A stretch of 63,536 nucleotides of DNA, counting the filler, from Octopus bimaculoides (lineage: Eukaryota), in assembly GCF_001194135.2 (NCBI RefSeq). It is 5 parts of 3 records of this genome, joined end to end, with 100 filler letters (N's around TTAATTAATTAA, not from the genome) between each part and the next. Parts side by side here need not be neighbours in the genome. Positions count along the whole stretch, not along the records: positions 47,361 to 60,372 come from NC_068987.1; positions 60,473 to 63,536 come from NW_026301580.1; 3 more parts are not named here. One strand, 5' to 3'. A program made the position numbers and the translations under genes. Below, in pieces: positions 51,405 through 63,122 of the stretch. Below the pieces are notes generated by a model. The model worked only from the letters and a program-made list of their open reading frames with translations, was not told the DNA's origin and made no database searches. The stretch's first letter is position 1; each line of letters starts with the position of its first letter.

Positions 51405-54400
51405 ACTGTCATCAAATGGATCAGCAGTCTTAAAAGATGAACTTTCAATCCTCAACCATTAAACAAAATATTTTCAAACTCTTCTTAATCTCCCAACAAA
51501 CATCAATGGTGGCAACCATTGACCGGATTTTTCAATTTCCCTTTCACCATGAGCATGATTGTCTCCCATCTCTCATTGAGACTCAAGCTGATGTGTGATT
51601 AATAGGCTTACTTTATAACTATGTGGTTTCCAACTGGTTAGGTCTGTTCACATCACTGGTCTTCCACTGCTATAGGACTTTCAGTAGTTGAAATGATAAA
51701 TGGGGTCGCCATCAAGGAAGATCTATATGTCATTGGGTTATAGTGATAAATGATTAACATAAGTACCACTCTCTGAGTTTTTGTGATTAGGGCTCATGAC
51801 AGGCCCAAGTAATATAACCAGTAACCGTGTGAAACTGCAGGTTATATATCGCAGTTACTCTCTCCCAAAAAGGATATTGTGACAATAGCTAGAGGTCCCT
51901 CACACCTCGTGATTTTAATGTGCACAATTACACCAACCAGGATTGGTGTATTTACATGCTAATTACCCCATAGTTGGGACTCTGTCAAGTGCCACTATAT
52001 TGGGTCAGAGTAGACCTGGGAACAATAATGCTTTCTACTATAGGCACAAGGCCAGGATTTTGTGGGGAGAAGGATTGCCGTTTACATTAATCCCAGTGTT
52101 TCACTGGTACTTAATTTATCAACCCCGAAAGGATGAAAGGCAAAGTCAACCTTGGCAGAAATTGAACTCAGAAGGTAGCGACAAGCAAACAATTCTGCCA
52201 CCTCGCCACCTTGGACCTGGGAACAAGAATGGCTAAGAGGTGGTTCCACACTCCTCAAAACCCTGGAACTTCTGAACCAGGGCCCCACTACCGGAGCAGT
52301 TTAAAGTCATACCCAGGACACACACATTCTCCTGTGTGTGTTTTTGTGGGTTTGTATAAGTATATAAATGAAACGTTTTCTGAAATAGCTGATATAAGTG
52401 TTTCTTTCACAACAATTACATTTTATTGTGGCTGTTACAGTAATATACTTAATCTCGTAACAAGGTCAGAAATACCGAAGAAGCTTTTAGTAATTTAAAC
52501 GAAGAATAATTAATCAATTTTGGCAGGCATGTGTTCAATAATGATTTTGATTCATAATATTGACTGCTGAATTAGAAGGAAGAAATTTTTAAGGTGTTTG
52601 TTGCACTTTTATTAAATATTTTTTCCAGAATTCAACATATACAAAGGAAGTTTAATTGGCAAATGAGTAGTTAAAAATCTGAGTTACATATTATAGGCTC
52701 AAAGTTTATTATAATTGTTTTATATACAAAGGGAATATATCTACATGACTACATGGCTTGAAATAAATTTTCTTAGAATTCCTTAAGACATTTATATTAA
52801 AGGAACTTGTGTTGTGTTAAATAAGCTATGTAAAGATAGAGTATCATAAGAAAATATAGCTTCACTGTCAGTGATTTAAAGAAAATGTTTTATAATAACT
52901 TAAAACAAAATAATATTAATGGAATTAATAACAAAATTAAGTACAAAACTCAAACAACAATATCTTCAGTTATAAATTTTTTACTGATGTAGAGAATTTT
53001 AATAAATAATATCACAAATAAAACAATTGTATTAGATTATAAATTTTGTGTTGACAATAGTAAAAGATTGCTATTGCAGCTCTTACTTAAGATTGCTGCA
53101 ACATTTCCAAAAATATTTTTATTATTAACTTTAATTTACTCAGAAAATTTAGAAGCAATTAACAAAGCCACTAATGAATGAAAGACATGCACATTAAAAA
53201 TAAATAAGAAAATATCACAGTCTAAACAGCTAGAGCAATTTAAAAGCAGAAACTCTGAAATGGTATGAAGAAAGATGTGTGTATCATTCATGGATGTGGG
53301 TCTGTGTATGTGTATATATATATATATATATATATGGTTGTATATATTTATATTTATATATTGGGTAGCTCATTCAGGAAGAAGTCTTTTGAAGGTTATC
53401 GTCAGTAATGTTTTAGTTAGTTCAGTGATTGCACTCACAGCATAGTATATTTCATTCTGTGGATCAACTTCTGAAAAATTATAATAAAGTACATTCATAT
53501 AAATAAAGTCATATATATATTCATATAATAAAAAAATATTTATATATATAAAACAAAGTGCATGGTGTCATATAACCTCTATAGTCAATTTTACCAATTG
53601 GTTTTGATATTAAATGAGATGTTAGATAAGAGCAGGGTTAAGTAATACTGTGTGGTGGCCAAGGCTGGCAGGTAAAGATAAAAATACAGCAACTACTCTT
53701 TATTACTGGAGGTGAAAAAGGCACATCTGGTTTATGGATGCTGTGAAAAAAGGCAAAACGAATGCCACAGACCTGGCCAGCCAGCCATGTATGGTTATCA
53801 ATGGAAAGTACTGCAGAGTACAGCATAAAGTAGAAAATCTTAGAGAAGTGCCAAGTTTATTCTATAAGCAGCATAAAATGTTGATTATGTTTAGCTGAAA
53901 AAAGAACCATGTTGAAAAAATTCTCAGCACAACAACCAAACATCTACTTAAACTGCAGAAGGGAGGTTTTTAACCCTTGATCACATAAAGGAGAGTATAT
54001 TTTATTGAATCTATGGGCCCATCATGACTATTATCCCCAGTTTTCTACTTTTGCCCCTATATTCTAAGAACCAAGCAAAAAGTATAGACGAAGAATACAT
54101 AAACGAACATGGGCTTACATGTTTGAACATTTACCTAGCAACCCCAACCCCCCAAAACCCTCTGCATGTAATACCCCTACACACATTTTAAGAAAACTTT
54201 TGTAGAATTACATCTCTGAGGCCTTTTGAAGCCAAGTGATATCACACTTGAGATAACCCTTGCTCAGTTTGGTTTGTCTTTTTTCACAGAACTCACAAAT
54301 TGGATATACTTTTTCACTGCCAGAAATGGAGAGCAATTATCATATTTTTTTCCATACCTACCAGCTCTAACAAGAATATGGAATTACTTAACTATGCCGT

Positions 54401-55620
54401 TATCTAATACCCTGTGCAAAACAAATTAGTAAGATTGGCCAAAATGGATCTATAATACCATATATTTTGATTTAATGTGTGTGTGTGTGTGTGTGTGTGT
54501 GTATGCATGCGTGTGCACGCATATAGGACAAAGTATGATAAACACTAGACACATTTTATATCATTTGCATCATCTGTAGTGGGTATTCATAGTGCTTTTG
54601 GATGCAGAACCATAACAATTTTTGGGGGGAACATTTTACTACATTATACAGATACAAAAAGAATGCTTGTAGTTGGACAGATGGCAAGACTTTTTATAAG
54701 TATATTCAAAGGAAAATAGATTGGGAGCAAAAAAAAAAGATAATAAAGAAGAGAAAGTGAGAGAGGAGCTCTAAGATCACCAGTGGTAGTTATACATCAA
54801 ACTGTACACATATAGAAGGATGAAAAGCGAAGAAGTAGATTTCAGTAGAATTTGAACTTAAAAGACTTATCTGCTTATATCTAAACAAATACCATCACTA
54901 ATTTGACACCAATCAAAATATGTTTCTGATTCAATATTTCAATTTAGTTACTTCCCTAACAACAGGGTAAAAACAAACACTTTATTGAGAAAATGGATTA
55001 TTTTTTTACTTCAGATTTACTCATCTGTGATCTGATTTATCAGACTTATTATTCTTATAGGGCTTCTGATTTAATATGCACCATTTATAATATAGTTGTT
55101 CATAATGCTAATCCATTAGTCATCAGAGGTAAATGACTTATATAGAAAATTCAGTTAATCCTATTGCAAGTCCTTATTCAGCCTTTAGCACTTCTACAAT
55201 ATTATTATAAAGCTTATCAATTTTTAGCTTTTTTTTTTTTGAAATCATAATCCTCTTCATTGGTCATTTAACTGACTCAAACTACTCTAGTCTTTCTTTC
55301 ATTGAAATTCCTTATTTAACGGATTTACTTCTGTAATTTTTCTCCTGTTATTGATTATTAATGTATCTGACACACTTTCACTACAATACTCTCATAATTG
55401 GTTTTCACCATATGTCTATCTGGCTAGCCTCAACAGTTGCCACAATTTTCTTCTTTAATTATACTTACAGATACATCCACTCTTCTATTACTCTCTCTTG
55501 TCCTCTGTCCCTCTTCCCTCCTCTCTCTTGCCCTCCTTCTCTCCCCCCTCTTCTCTCTTGCCATATATAATAGTTTGGAGGCAAATTATGTACGATATTA
55601 TAAATAGTATTTAATTTTTG

Positions 55621-55840
55621 TGAAGGTGTCCAGCTGGCAGAACTGTTAGCATTCCAGGTGAAATGCCTAGTGGTATTTCGTCTGTCTTTGCGTTCTGAGT
55701 TCAAATTCTGCTGAGGTCAACTTTGCCTTTCATCCTTTCAGGGTCGATAAATTAAGTACCAGTTGTGTACTGGGGTCGATATAATTGACTGGCCCCACTC
55801 CCCAAAGATTTCAGGCCTTGTGCCTAGAGTACAAAAGAGT
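55621..55840 (+). mobile_element. tRNA-derived SINE family B (central box resembling the Nin/Deu domain)
   Basis: gagctggcagaa..gttagca...gagttcaaattc..gaggtcaactttgcctttcatcctttc.gggtcgataaattaagtacc...aggccttgtgcct. Confidence 0.8.
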
Positions 55841-56284
55841 ATTTAATTCTTGTACTTGATTTGCAAGACTGTTGATATGAACTGTTGTCATGAAACATAT
55901 TTTGCTGTGTTTCTTTATTTTTATTTTTCAATTGGTTAACTGTTTAACTAATCAGTTGTTTAATTAACTAATCAATTGTCACTGATGAGGTCACAAAATG
56001 CAACAAACAGACCTTGACAAACCTTGCTGACTGATTGCTCAAACAATTACTCAAACAACAGTTTAGGTAATAGATTGAAGGGTTAACCAATTGACTAAAT
56101 AAATAACATAGAAGTGAAATGGAACCATTGTGTTTGTTTATTATTGGCATAATGGCCCTCCTGAGATGCAGCAAAATCATTATTTACTAAAATTCTAGTT
56201 TTAGTGCTCATTGTTGATATAGTTCCAGTTTATGAAGATGGTTAGTCAATTCTGTATTTCTGAGATGAGGAATTTTTGATATGT

Positions 56285-56457
56285 ATTAGCTGGAATGGTG
56301 TCAACATCTTGGTTGTTGTTTTCATTATATTTTGGCTATGTACCCCACCAGCCTTCTTCAAGTGTCTTGTGATTCACCTTAGTTCCTTGCCTGGGATTGA
56401 ACTCAACGTATAGGTGACTGCACTGCATTTCAGTGCCTTTATCCACAGCACTATGCC
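56285..56457 (-). mobile_element. Second copy of the tRNA-headed, hammerhead-like SINE
   Basis: Minus strand: A-box-like TAGTGCTGTGG, B box GAGTTCAATCC, then GACAC-TTGAAGA-AGGCT..AGCC-AAAA, then tail acaacaaccaagatgttgacaccattcc. Confidence 0.55.
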
Positions 56458-57051
56458 TGTAGGTGGTACCAGAGTGAATTTTTAAGGCTTATAAAGCTCC
56501 ATTTATGTTTTATACTGATTCTGTACCGATTGGATAAACAATTCTAATTTTCTGAGATGAAGAATTTCTACATTATGTATTAGACACAACACTAACTCAA
56601 ACGTAATATAGAGATGGTTAATCTTTAGAATGAAATAAATATTTTGATATATGTGAGGCTGGAAAGTAATACAGCTGGAGACTTGTAAAGTACCTGATTA
56701 GTTTAGCTTTTTCTCAAGTTGTGGTGCAAGTTTATATTCTAAAATCACTACAAATGACTCATTAACTTAGTAGAACATTGGCCCCTAAATGCAAAACTAA
56801 CTTGTTTTCTGTTTGTGTGATATTAAAATGTTGTTTTCTAAATTTGGCAGAAAACCCAACAATTTTGAATACATCAAGCCCAGTGCTTGACTGGTATTTT
56901 ATCTCATCAACCTCAAAAGGATGAAAGACATAGTCAACCTGAGTGGGATTTGAAGTCAGAGTGTAAAGAGCCAGAAGAAATGCCACAAAGCATTTCGCCC
57001 AATGTGCTAATGATTTGTCAGCTTGCCTTTTGATAATAATAATAATAATAA

Positions 57052-57100
57052 CTAGCAGAGATACCCAGCCTTGCTTGGGATTAAAATGGCATAGATTTTT
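57052..57100 (-). mobile_element. Helitron 3' terminus
   Basis: Minus strand CCCAAGCAAGGCTGGG hairpin, 8 nt, CTAG, then T. Confidence 0.6.
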
Positions 57101-57108
57101 TTTTTTTT

Positions 57109-57392
57109 TTACTTGTTTCAGTCATGTGACTGTGGCCATACTGGAGCACTGCTGTTGGTTGAAGAAATCAACCACAGGATTTATTCTTTGTAAGCCTAGT
57201 ACTCATTCTGTCAGTGTCTTTTACCAAACTGCTAAGTTATGGGAATGTAAACACAGCAACATCAGTTGTCAAGTAATGGTAGGGGTACAAACACAAGACA
57301 CACACACACACACATACACATATATACAACAGTCTTCTTACAGTTTCCGAGTGCGAAATCCACTCACAAGGTTTTGGTTGGCCTGAGGCTAT
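57109..57392 (-). mobile_element. SINE family A copy (partial)
   Basis: ttacttgtttcagtcat...ctaagttatggg...cagtttccg...ccactcacaagg. Other partial copies at about 660-900, 20313-20552, 51035-51262, 59790-59980 and 61130-61360. Confidence 0.8.
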
Positions 57393-57397
57393 AATAA

Positions 57398-57466
<69 letters not shown>

Positions 57467-58557
57467 NNNNNNNNNNNNNNNNNNNNNNNNNNNNNNNNNN
57501 NNNNNNNNNNNNNNNNNNNNNNNNNNNNNNNNNNNNNNNNNNNNNNNNNNNNNNNNNNNNNNNNNNNNNNNNNNNNNNNNNNNNNNNNNNNNNNNNNNNN
57601 NNNNNNNNNNNNNNNNNNNNNNNNNNNNNNNNNNNNNNNNNNNNNNNNNNNNNNNNNNNNNNNNNNNNNNNNNNNNNNNNNNNNNNNNNNNNNNNNNNNN
57701 NNNNNNNNNNNNNNNNNNNNNNNNNNNNNNNNNNNNNNNNNNNNNNNNNNNNNNNNNNNNNNNNNNNNNNNNNNNNNNNNNNNNNNNNNNNNNNNNNNNN
57801 NNNNNNNNNNNNNNNNNNNNNNNNNNNNNNNNNNNNNNNNNNNNNNNNNNNGTAACAACAATACAAAGTATGTAGCCCTTAAAATGTTTTTTGTGTATTT
57901 ATTGAGAATACCAAACTGTCTTACAAAGGATCTTGTTTTTAGGAATTCCCAATAAGTTATGAATACCCAAATTGTAAAGTCAGTTATGTAATAACATGAA
58001 ATTAATTACCCTATAGTAAGAATTCAAATAAAGTAGCCCCGAAAAGGGCTTTAATATGCTCCCAGAGTATATAGATTTTAGGAGGAAATACTAATAAGGT
58101 ATGTATACTAAAATCGTGAAACATGTTATGTAATAACAGGCTAATCAGATATGAGATAATAACAATTCAAAGTAATTAACTGTGAAAAAAATGCTTTTAT
58201 TACCCTCAGCGGCGTTAGTGTTGGTATATTCGTGAATAAGTCACTAACTGAAATAAATGGATCTATTGTTTAGGAGAATACTATTTACTTGTTTAGGCGT
58301 AGTATTAGATAAATTGAGAAAATAACTAAATTAGTTCAAATACTAAGAAATAAGCATACTGAAAATGAATGGGTTATTTCCCTTGGAAGCTTAAAAATAA
58401 TTCCTCCCACCGTTCACTCACGCCCAAATGTTATTCCTCCTGCCATTTACCTGAACATTTTTTCGAAATCAATTTATACTTAAAACCTTCCCAGAGGTTA
58501 AGGCCCATCGAGCTGGCCTTATAATAATAATAATAATAATAATAATTATTATTTTTA

Positions 58558-58770
58558 CTATATGTACAAAGCCTGAACATTTTGGGGGAGGGGTCTAGTC
58601 AATTACATTGACTTCAGTGCTCAACTGGTACACATTTAATCAAACCCAAAAGGACGAAAGGCAAAGTTGACCTTGGAAGAATTTGAACTCAGAACATAGA
58701 GACGGATGAAATGCTGCTAAGCATTTTGTCCGGTGTGCTAATGATTCAGTCAGCTCAACACCTTCATGAC
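58558..58770 (-). mobile_element. SINE family B copy
   Basis: Reverse complement of family B. Further minus copies at about 18130-18290, 23700-23860, 25950-26118, 26685-26895, 52035-52210, 56862-57025 and 58790-58960. Confidence 0.78.
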
Positions 58771-59396
58771 GATGGCGGTGATGAGGATTTTGGCACAAGG
58801 CTAACAGTTTTATGAAAGGAGAGTACTGCATTGGGCTTAATGCCCAACTTGTACTTATTCTATCAAACACAAAAGAATGAAAGGCAAAGTTGACTCTGGT
58901 GGAATTTGAACTCAGAACGTTATGAGTTGGTAGAAATACCTCTAAGCATTTTGTCTGATGATGATGATGATGATGATAATGGTGGTGGTGGTGGTGGTGG
59001 CTCTGATTGCAGTGATGATGATGAGCTTATTAGATACAGTGCTCAGGAGCAATGAATAAAGAAATATTACCTGGATCATTGTATAAATGTAGATCCATTA
59101 TTAGTCTTTGATACATGTCCATCATTGTATTTAGCAACATAATTCTATCTTTTGGTTGATTCATGACTTCTAATATTCTCCATAATGATGATACAACATA
59201 GTTGATATTAAAATTATTTTTAACACAAACCTACAGAAGACAGAAAGGAAAACAAACATTACACACTGGCAGTTTTATTTACATCCAAAACAAGGAATTA
59301 TTCTTCTAAAACAAGATCAGTCATTATTCTATTGTTCTCTATTGCCAAACCAACACTGTTTGTCAAACAGTGGGAACACGCACACACACACACATG

Positions 59397-59780
59397 CATC
59401 ATCATCGTTTAACGTCCATTTTCCATGCTGGCATGGGTTGGACGGTTTGACTGACGACTGGAAAGCCAGGGGGCTGCACCAGGCTCCAATCTGATCTGGT
59501 AAGGTTTCTACAGCTGAATGCCCTTCGTAATGCCAACCACTCTGAGTGTGTAGTGGGTGCTTTTTACGTGCCACCGACACGGGGGCCAGTCAGGTGGTAC
59601 TGGTATTGACCACGCTCGAATGGTGCTTTTTACATGCCACCAGCACAGGAGCCACTCAGGTGACACTGACATCGACCACGCTTGAATGGTACTTTTTTAT
59701 GAGCGTGGTCGATGCCAGTCCCACTAGACAGCTCCAAAGTTGGTGGCACGTAAAAGGCACCATACAAGCGTGGTCACTTG
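59397..59780 (-). mobile_element. RTE 3' UTR/tail copy with about 65-bp subrepeats
   Basis: catcatcatcgtttaacgtcc...; subunits match 22800-23060 in reverse. Another tail copy starts at about 63495. Confidence 0.85.
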
Positions 59781-59815
<35 letters not shown>

Positions 59816-60057
59816 TTGTCCCCCACCATCTCTTGACAACTGATGCTGGTGTGTTTACATCCCCCGTAACTTAACGGTTCGATGAAAGTAACCAATAGAA
59901 TAAGTTCTGGGGTCGATTTGTTTGACTACAGGCGGTGCTCTAGTATGGCTGCAGTAAAATGATTGAAATAAGTAAAAGAACATACACATACACAAATATA
60001 TATATGAATGTGTGTGTGTGTAAATATATATACATACATATTATATATATATATATG

Positions 60058-60372
60058 TTGAGCGTTTCGACTTTAAAAAAAGACCCCTCCGGGCCAATCT
60101 CACCCGGGCCGAATCGGTCGCCCTCCGCAATCTCCGCCGCCGTGACGACATCGTCATCAAGCCGGCGGACAAAGGTGGAGCAGTGGTGGTGTGGCGCACG
60201 GACCTTTACAGGAGGGAAGCACTCAGCCAGCTTCACAATCCCCTCTTCTACCGCCTCCTCCCCTCCGACCCCACCCCCTCCTACCAACGGCTTGTGTCCT
60301 CCACAATCCATGACCTCATCTCCTCCTCTGCTCTCCCCGCTACCGCCACCAACCTCATCGTCCGCACACCTC
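60058..60372 (+). mobile_element. Penelope-like element RT, N-terminal part (uninterrupted, GC-rich, truncated at the scaffold end)
   Basis: Open frame NLTRAESVALRNLRRRDDIVIKPADKGGAVVVWRTDLYRREALSQL; KPADKGGAVV is the PLE hallmark preceding the RT core. Confidence 0.92.
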
Positions 60373-60472
60373 NNNNNNNNNNNNNNNNNNNNNNNNNNNN
60401 NNNNNNNNNNNNNNNNTTAATTAATTAANNNNNNNNNNNNNNNNNNNNNNNNNNNNNNNNNNNNNNNNNNNN
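60373..60472. other. Artificial scaffold linker
   Basis: 44 N + TTAATTAATTAA (60417-60428) + 44 N. Confidence 0.97.
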
Positions 60473-61407
60473 ATTGAGCTTCATCTTTGTTTTTCCTATT
60501 GAAAAAATTCCAAACAGTTGATCTTATTTTTATCATGCTAGGGCTAATGAAAATAATTAAGAAAAAATTTAGTTAGTGTTGCTTCCTTGAAATGAATCTG
60601 GAACTGGTTATTACATACGCTCAACGAGAAAGATCACCTGACTGAAGACTAACAGCATCCCCTTGACTTGCTATGAATAAACTTGGTTACCTCCAAATTC
60701 AAAGAGTCAGCCAGGGGTTAGCGAAGGAAATGACAAGGTGCTGATCTAAGGTTCAAGGGGAGAGAAGGTGAGGATTGATATGTTGCGACGATATGTTTCA
60801 ATGAAACAGACAGCACTCACAACTAAAGGCAACCGACCACAGTACAGTTAGTTCAGTTTCAACGATATTTCTTCAAAAGAAAAAAATGAAAAAATGTTTT
60901 GCGAAAAAAAAAAAATAGAAACAACAAGCATTAAAATCGGTTTTGGCAAATCCGTTTCGGTTTTACTGATCATAATATAAAACCGGTTTCGAGTCCTACT
61001 TGCAACTATGGTGATGTCAAAACAAGGATGCACCACCCACCACACACACCCACACATATTCATCCATACACGCTGGGCTCCTTTCATTAGTTCGTGCTTG
61101 GAAAAGATGGATATCTTCTCTATTTACTTGTTTCTGACGTTAGACTGTGGCCATAATGGGGCACCACATTGAAAACTATCCATGATTAATTATTTTCTTT
61201 TGTGTTTCAATTAATGACACAGGCATGGCTGTGTGGTTACGACATTTCTTTGCTAACTGCAGAGTTTCAGGTTCAGTCCCACTGGACGGTACTTTGAGGA
61301 CTTGACCCAAGCCAGCCAAAGCCTTACGACTGGATTTGGTAGACAGAGACTGAAAGAAGCCCATAATGAAAGTGTGAAACCATTATTATTATTATTATTA
61401 TTATGGC

Positions 61408-61605
61408 AGCAAGATGGCAGAACCATTGGCATGCCGGTTAAGATGCTTAGTGGCACTTCATCCACGTTTACGTTCTGGGATCAAATTCTGCTGAGGTCAA
61501 CTTTCCCTTTCATCCTTTTGGGAACAGTTAAATAAGTACTCATTGAACTCTGGGATCGATGTAATCGACTAGCCCTCTCTCCTGAAATTACTGGTGTTGT
61601 CTCAA
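61408..61605 (+). mobile_element. SINE family B copy
   Basis: Same layout; another partial copy at about 61880-62000. Confidence 0.78.
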
Positions 61606-62084
61606 AACGTGAAACTGTTATTATTATGTTGTTGTTTTTTCTTCTTTCTTCAAATTTTCTTCCATTTCTTGCCGAGTGTTTTCCGTACACCTAGGGCAGA
61701 GAAACTCGTTGTATGCATTCCCAGTTTACACACGCAAATTCACAGGTAAAACATGTATTTAAGAAAAAAAAAAAATTCATGAATGGATGTTGTTTTCACA
61801 GTGATAATGCTCTTCTCAGTACATGAGTCGTTCCAGTTAGCACGATTTTTTGCACTAGTATTATAAGTCATGTTAAGGCAGCAAACTGGCAGAATCATTA
61901 GCACACCAGGCAAAATGCTTAGTGGTGTTTCATCAGTTCTGAGTTCAAATTCTGCCAAGGTTGACTTTGCCTTTCTTACTTTCAGGTTCGATAAATTATG
62001 TATTACTATACTATATTTTTGAGATGCAGGCTTATGTACCTTATCTATAATGGATGGATAGGTATCCTCATCCTGTTTGTTGTT

Positions 62085-62500
62085 ATTACAAAGGCCTCTT
62101 GGAAAATAATCAAAAGATATTCGGTCCATATGACATCAGGACTGTATTCAGAAGTAATACAACACTTTGCAAATATCTTCTCCGAGTAAAACCAACCATA
62201 GAAGATAATATGACCAAAAACTGCATGTACTCTATCCCATGCAGTTGTGGAAGGTTATACAAAGGCAAAACATGTCTCCCCCTTAAAGTAAGGGTAGAGG
62301 AACATCGTTAAGCCGTGACAGGAGGGGATGTTGAAAAATCAGGTATAGACGATCATATATGGAAAAACGGAGACTACCTCCTGCTGTGGGATGAAGTTGG
62401 AATAATCAACAGAGAACACCACTGAAAAATATGAAAATTAAAAGAAGCTGCACATATGCAGACCAAATGCAGATATGAATGTCATATGGGAACCAGTATT
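62085..62500 (+). mobile_element. Penelope-like element GIY-YIG endonuclease fragment
   Basis: KGLLENNQKIF...CMYSIPCSCGRLYKGKT..LKVRVEEH...SGIDDHIW...KLKEA, with stops. Confidence 0.88.
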
Positions 62501-62558
62501 AAGAAAAGATAAAATACCAGATTTATAAGCCCTAAAATTCACTTTATAATTGCCCACA

Positions 62559-62788
62559 GGCATATAGCATAGTGGATAAGAGCATGGGCTACTAACCCTT
62601 GGATTCTAAGTTCCAGGATGGGACTTGAAAAAAAATATCTACAGGAAAATAGCATCAGCAACATACCTTTGGAATGAGAACAGTGTACCCCATTAGTCAA
62701 ATAAAGGGTTGGGTTCGAAATTCCACCAGAACACCTGATGACAACAAACAAGATGAGGACACCTATCCGTCCATGATGAATTATGTAC
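62559..62788 (+). mobile_element. tRNA-headed SINE-like element with a CTGATGA core remnant and a Penelope-associated tail
   Basis: Head GGCATATAGCATAGTGGATAAGAGC (A box); CTGATGA at 62735-62741; tail acaacaaacaagatgaggacacctatcc is shared with 56285-56330 and 62035-62084. Confidence 0.6.
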
Positions 62789-62882
62789 CAGTCATGTACT
62801 GGGGTCGATGTAATCGACTTACCCTTCCCCACAAATTTCATACCTTGTGCCTATAGTAGAAAGGATTATAATAAGTAATTTC

Positions 62883-63122
62883 CTTGTTGTTTATTTTCAA
62901 ATGAATGATCCCTCCATTAATGTTGTAGTCTTCATATTTCCAAGTCAAACATTTGTTACTCTTGTGATCGTAAGAGAAGACGTGTTGCCACTCTGCCTCA
63001 CTTGAAATTGAGTACCATTAGTGCATGTTTTATCACACTCGTATTTCTTAGTCCCACACTCCCACACAACCAGTCTCTTCATGTTTGGAATTTCAATAGA
63101 GAGGGTGGCACTTCCCCATTGA
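62883..63122 (-). pseudogene. Decayed exon encoding an Ig-fold-like domain
   Basis: QWGSATLSIEIPNMKRLVVWECGTKKYECDKTC...SGNTSSLTITRVT, then frameshifted CLTWKYEDYNINGG. Presumed splice sites read ttttgtaa and gaaatt instead of AG and GT. Confidence 0.45.

Noticed and set aside
53370-53470. Possible minus-strand exon EVDPQNEIYYAVSAITELTK...
   Set aside because: Acceptor-like context only; no recognisable family or compatible neighbouring exons.
60058-62500. Treating the Penelope RT (60058-60372) and GIY-YIG (62085-62500) as one element
   Set aside because: They are separated by an artificial linker and unrelated DNA, and differ strongly in GC content and decay.
62559-62625. A functional tRNA gene
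   Set aside because: The B box is partly deleted, no full cloverleaf forms, and it is followed by repeat body sequence; interpreted as a SINE head, like the other tRNA-like heads in the window.
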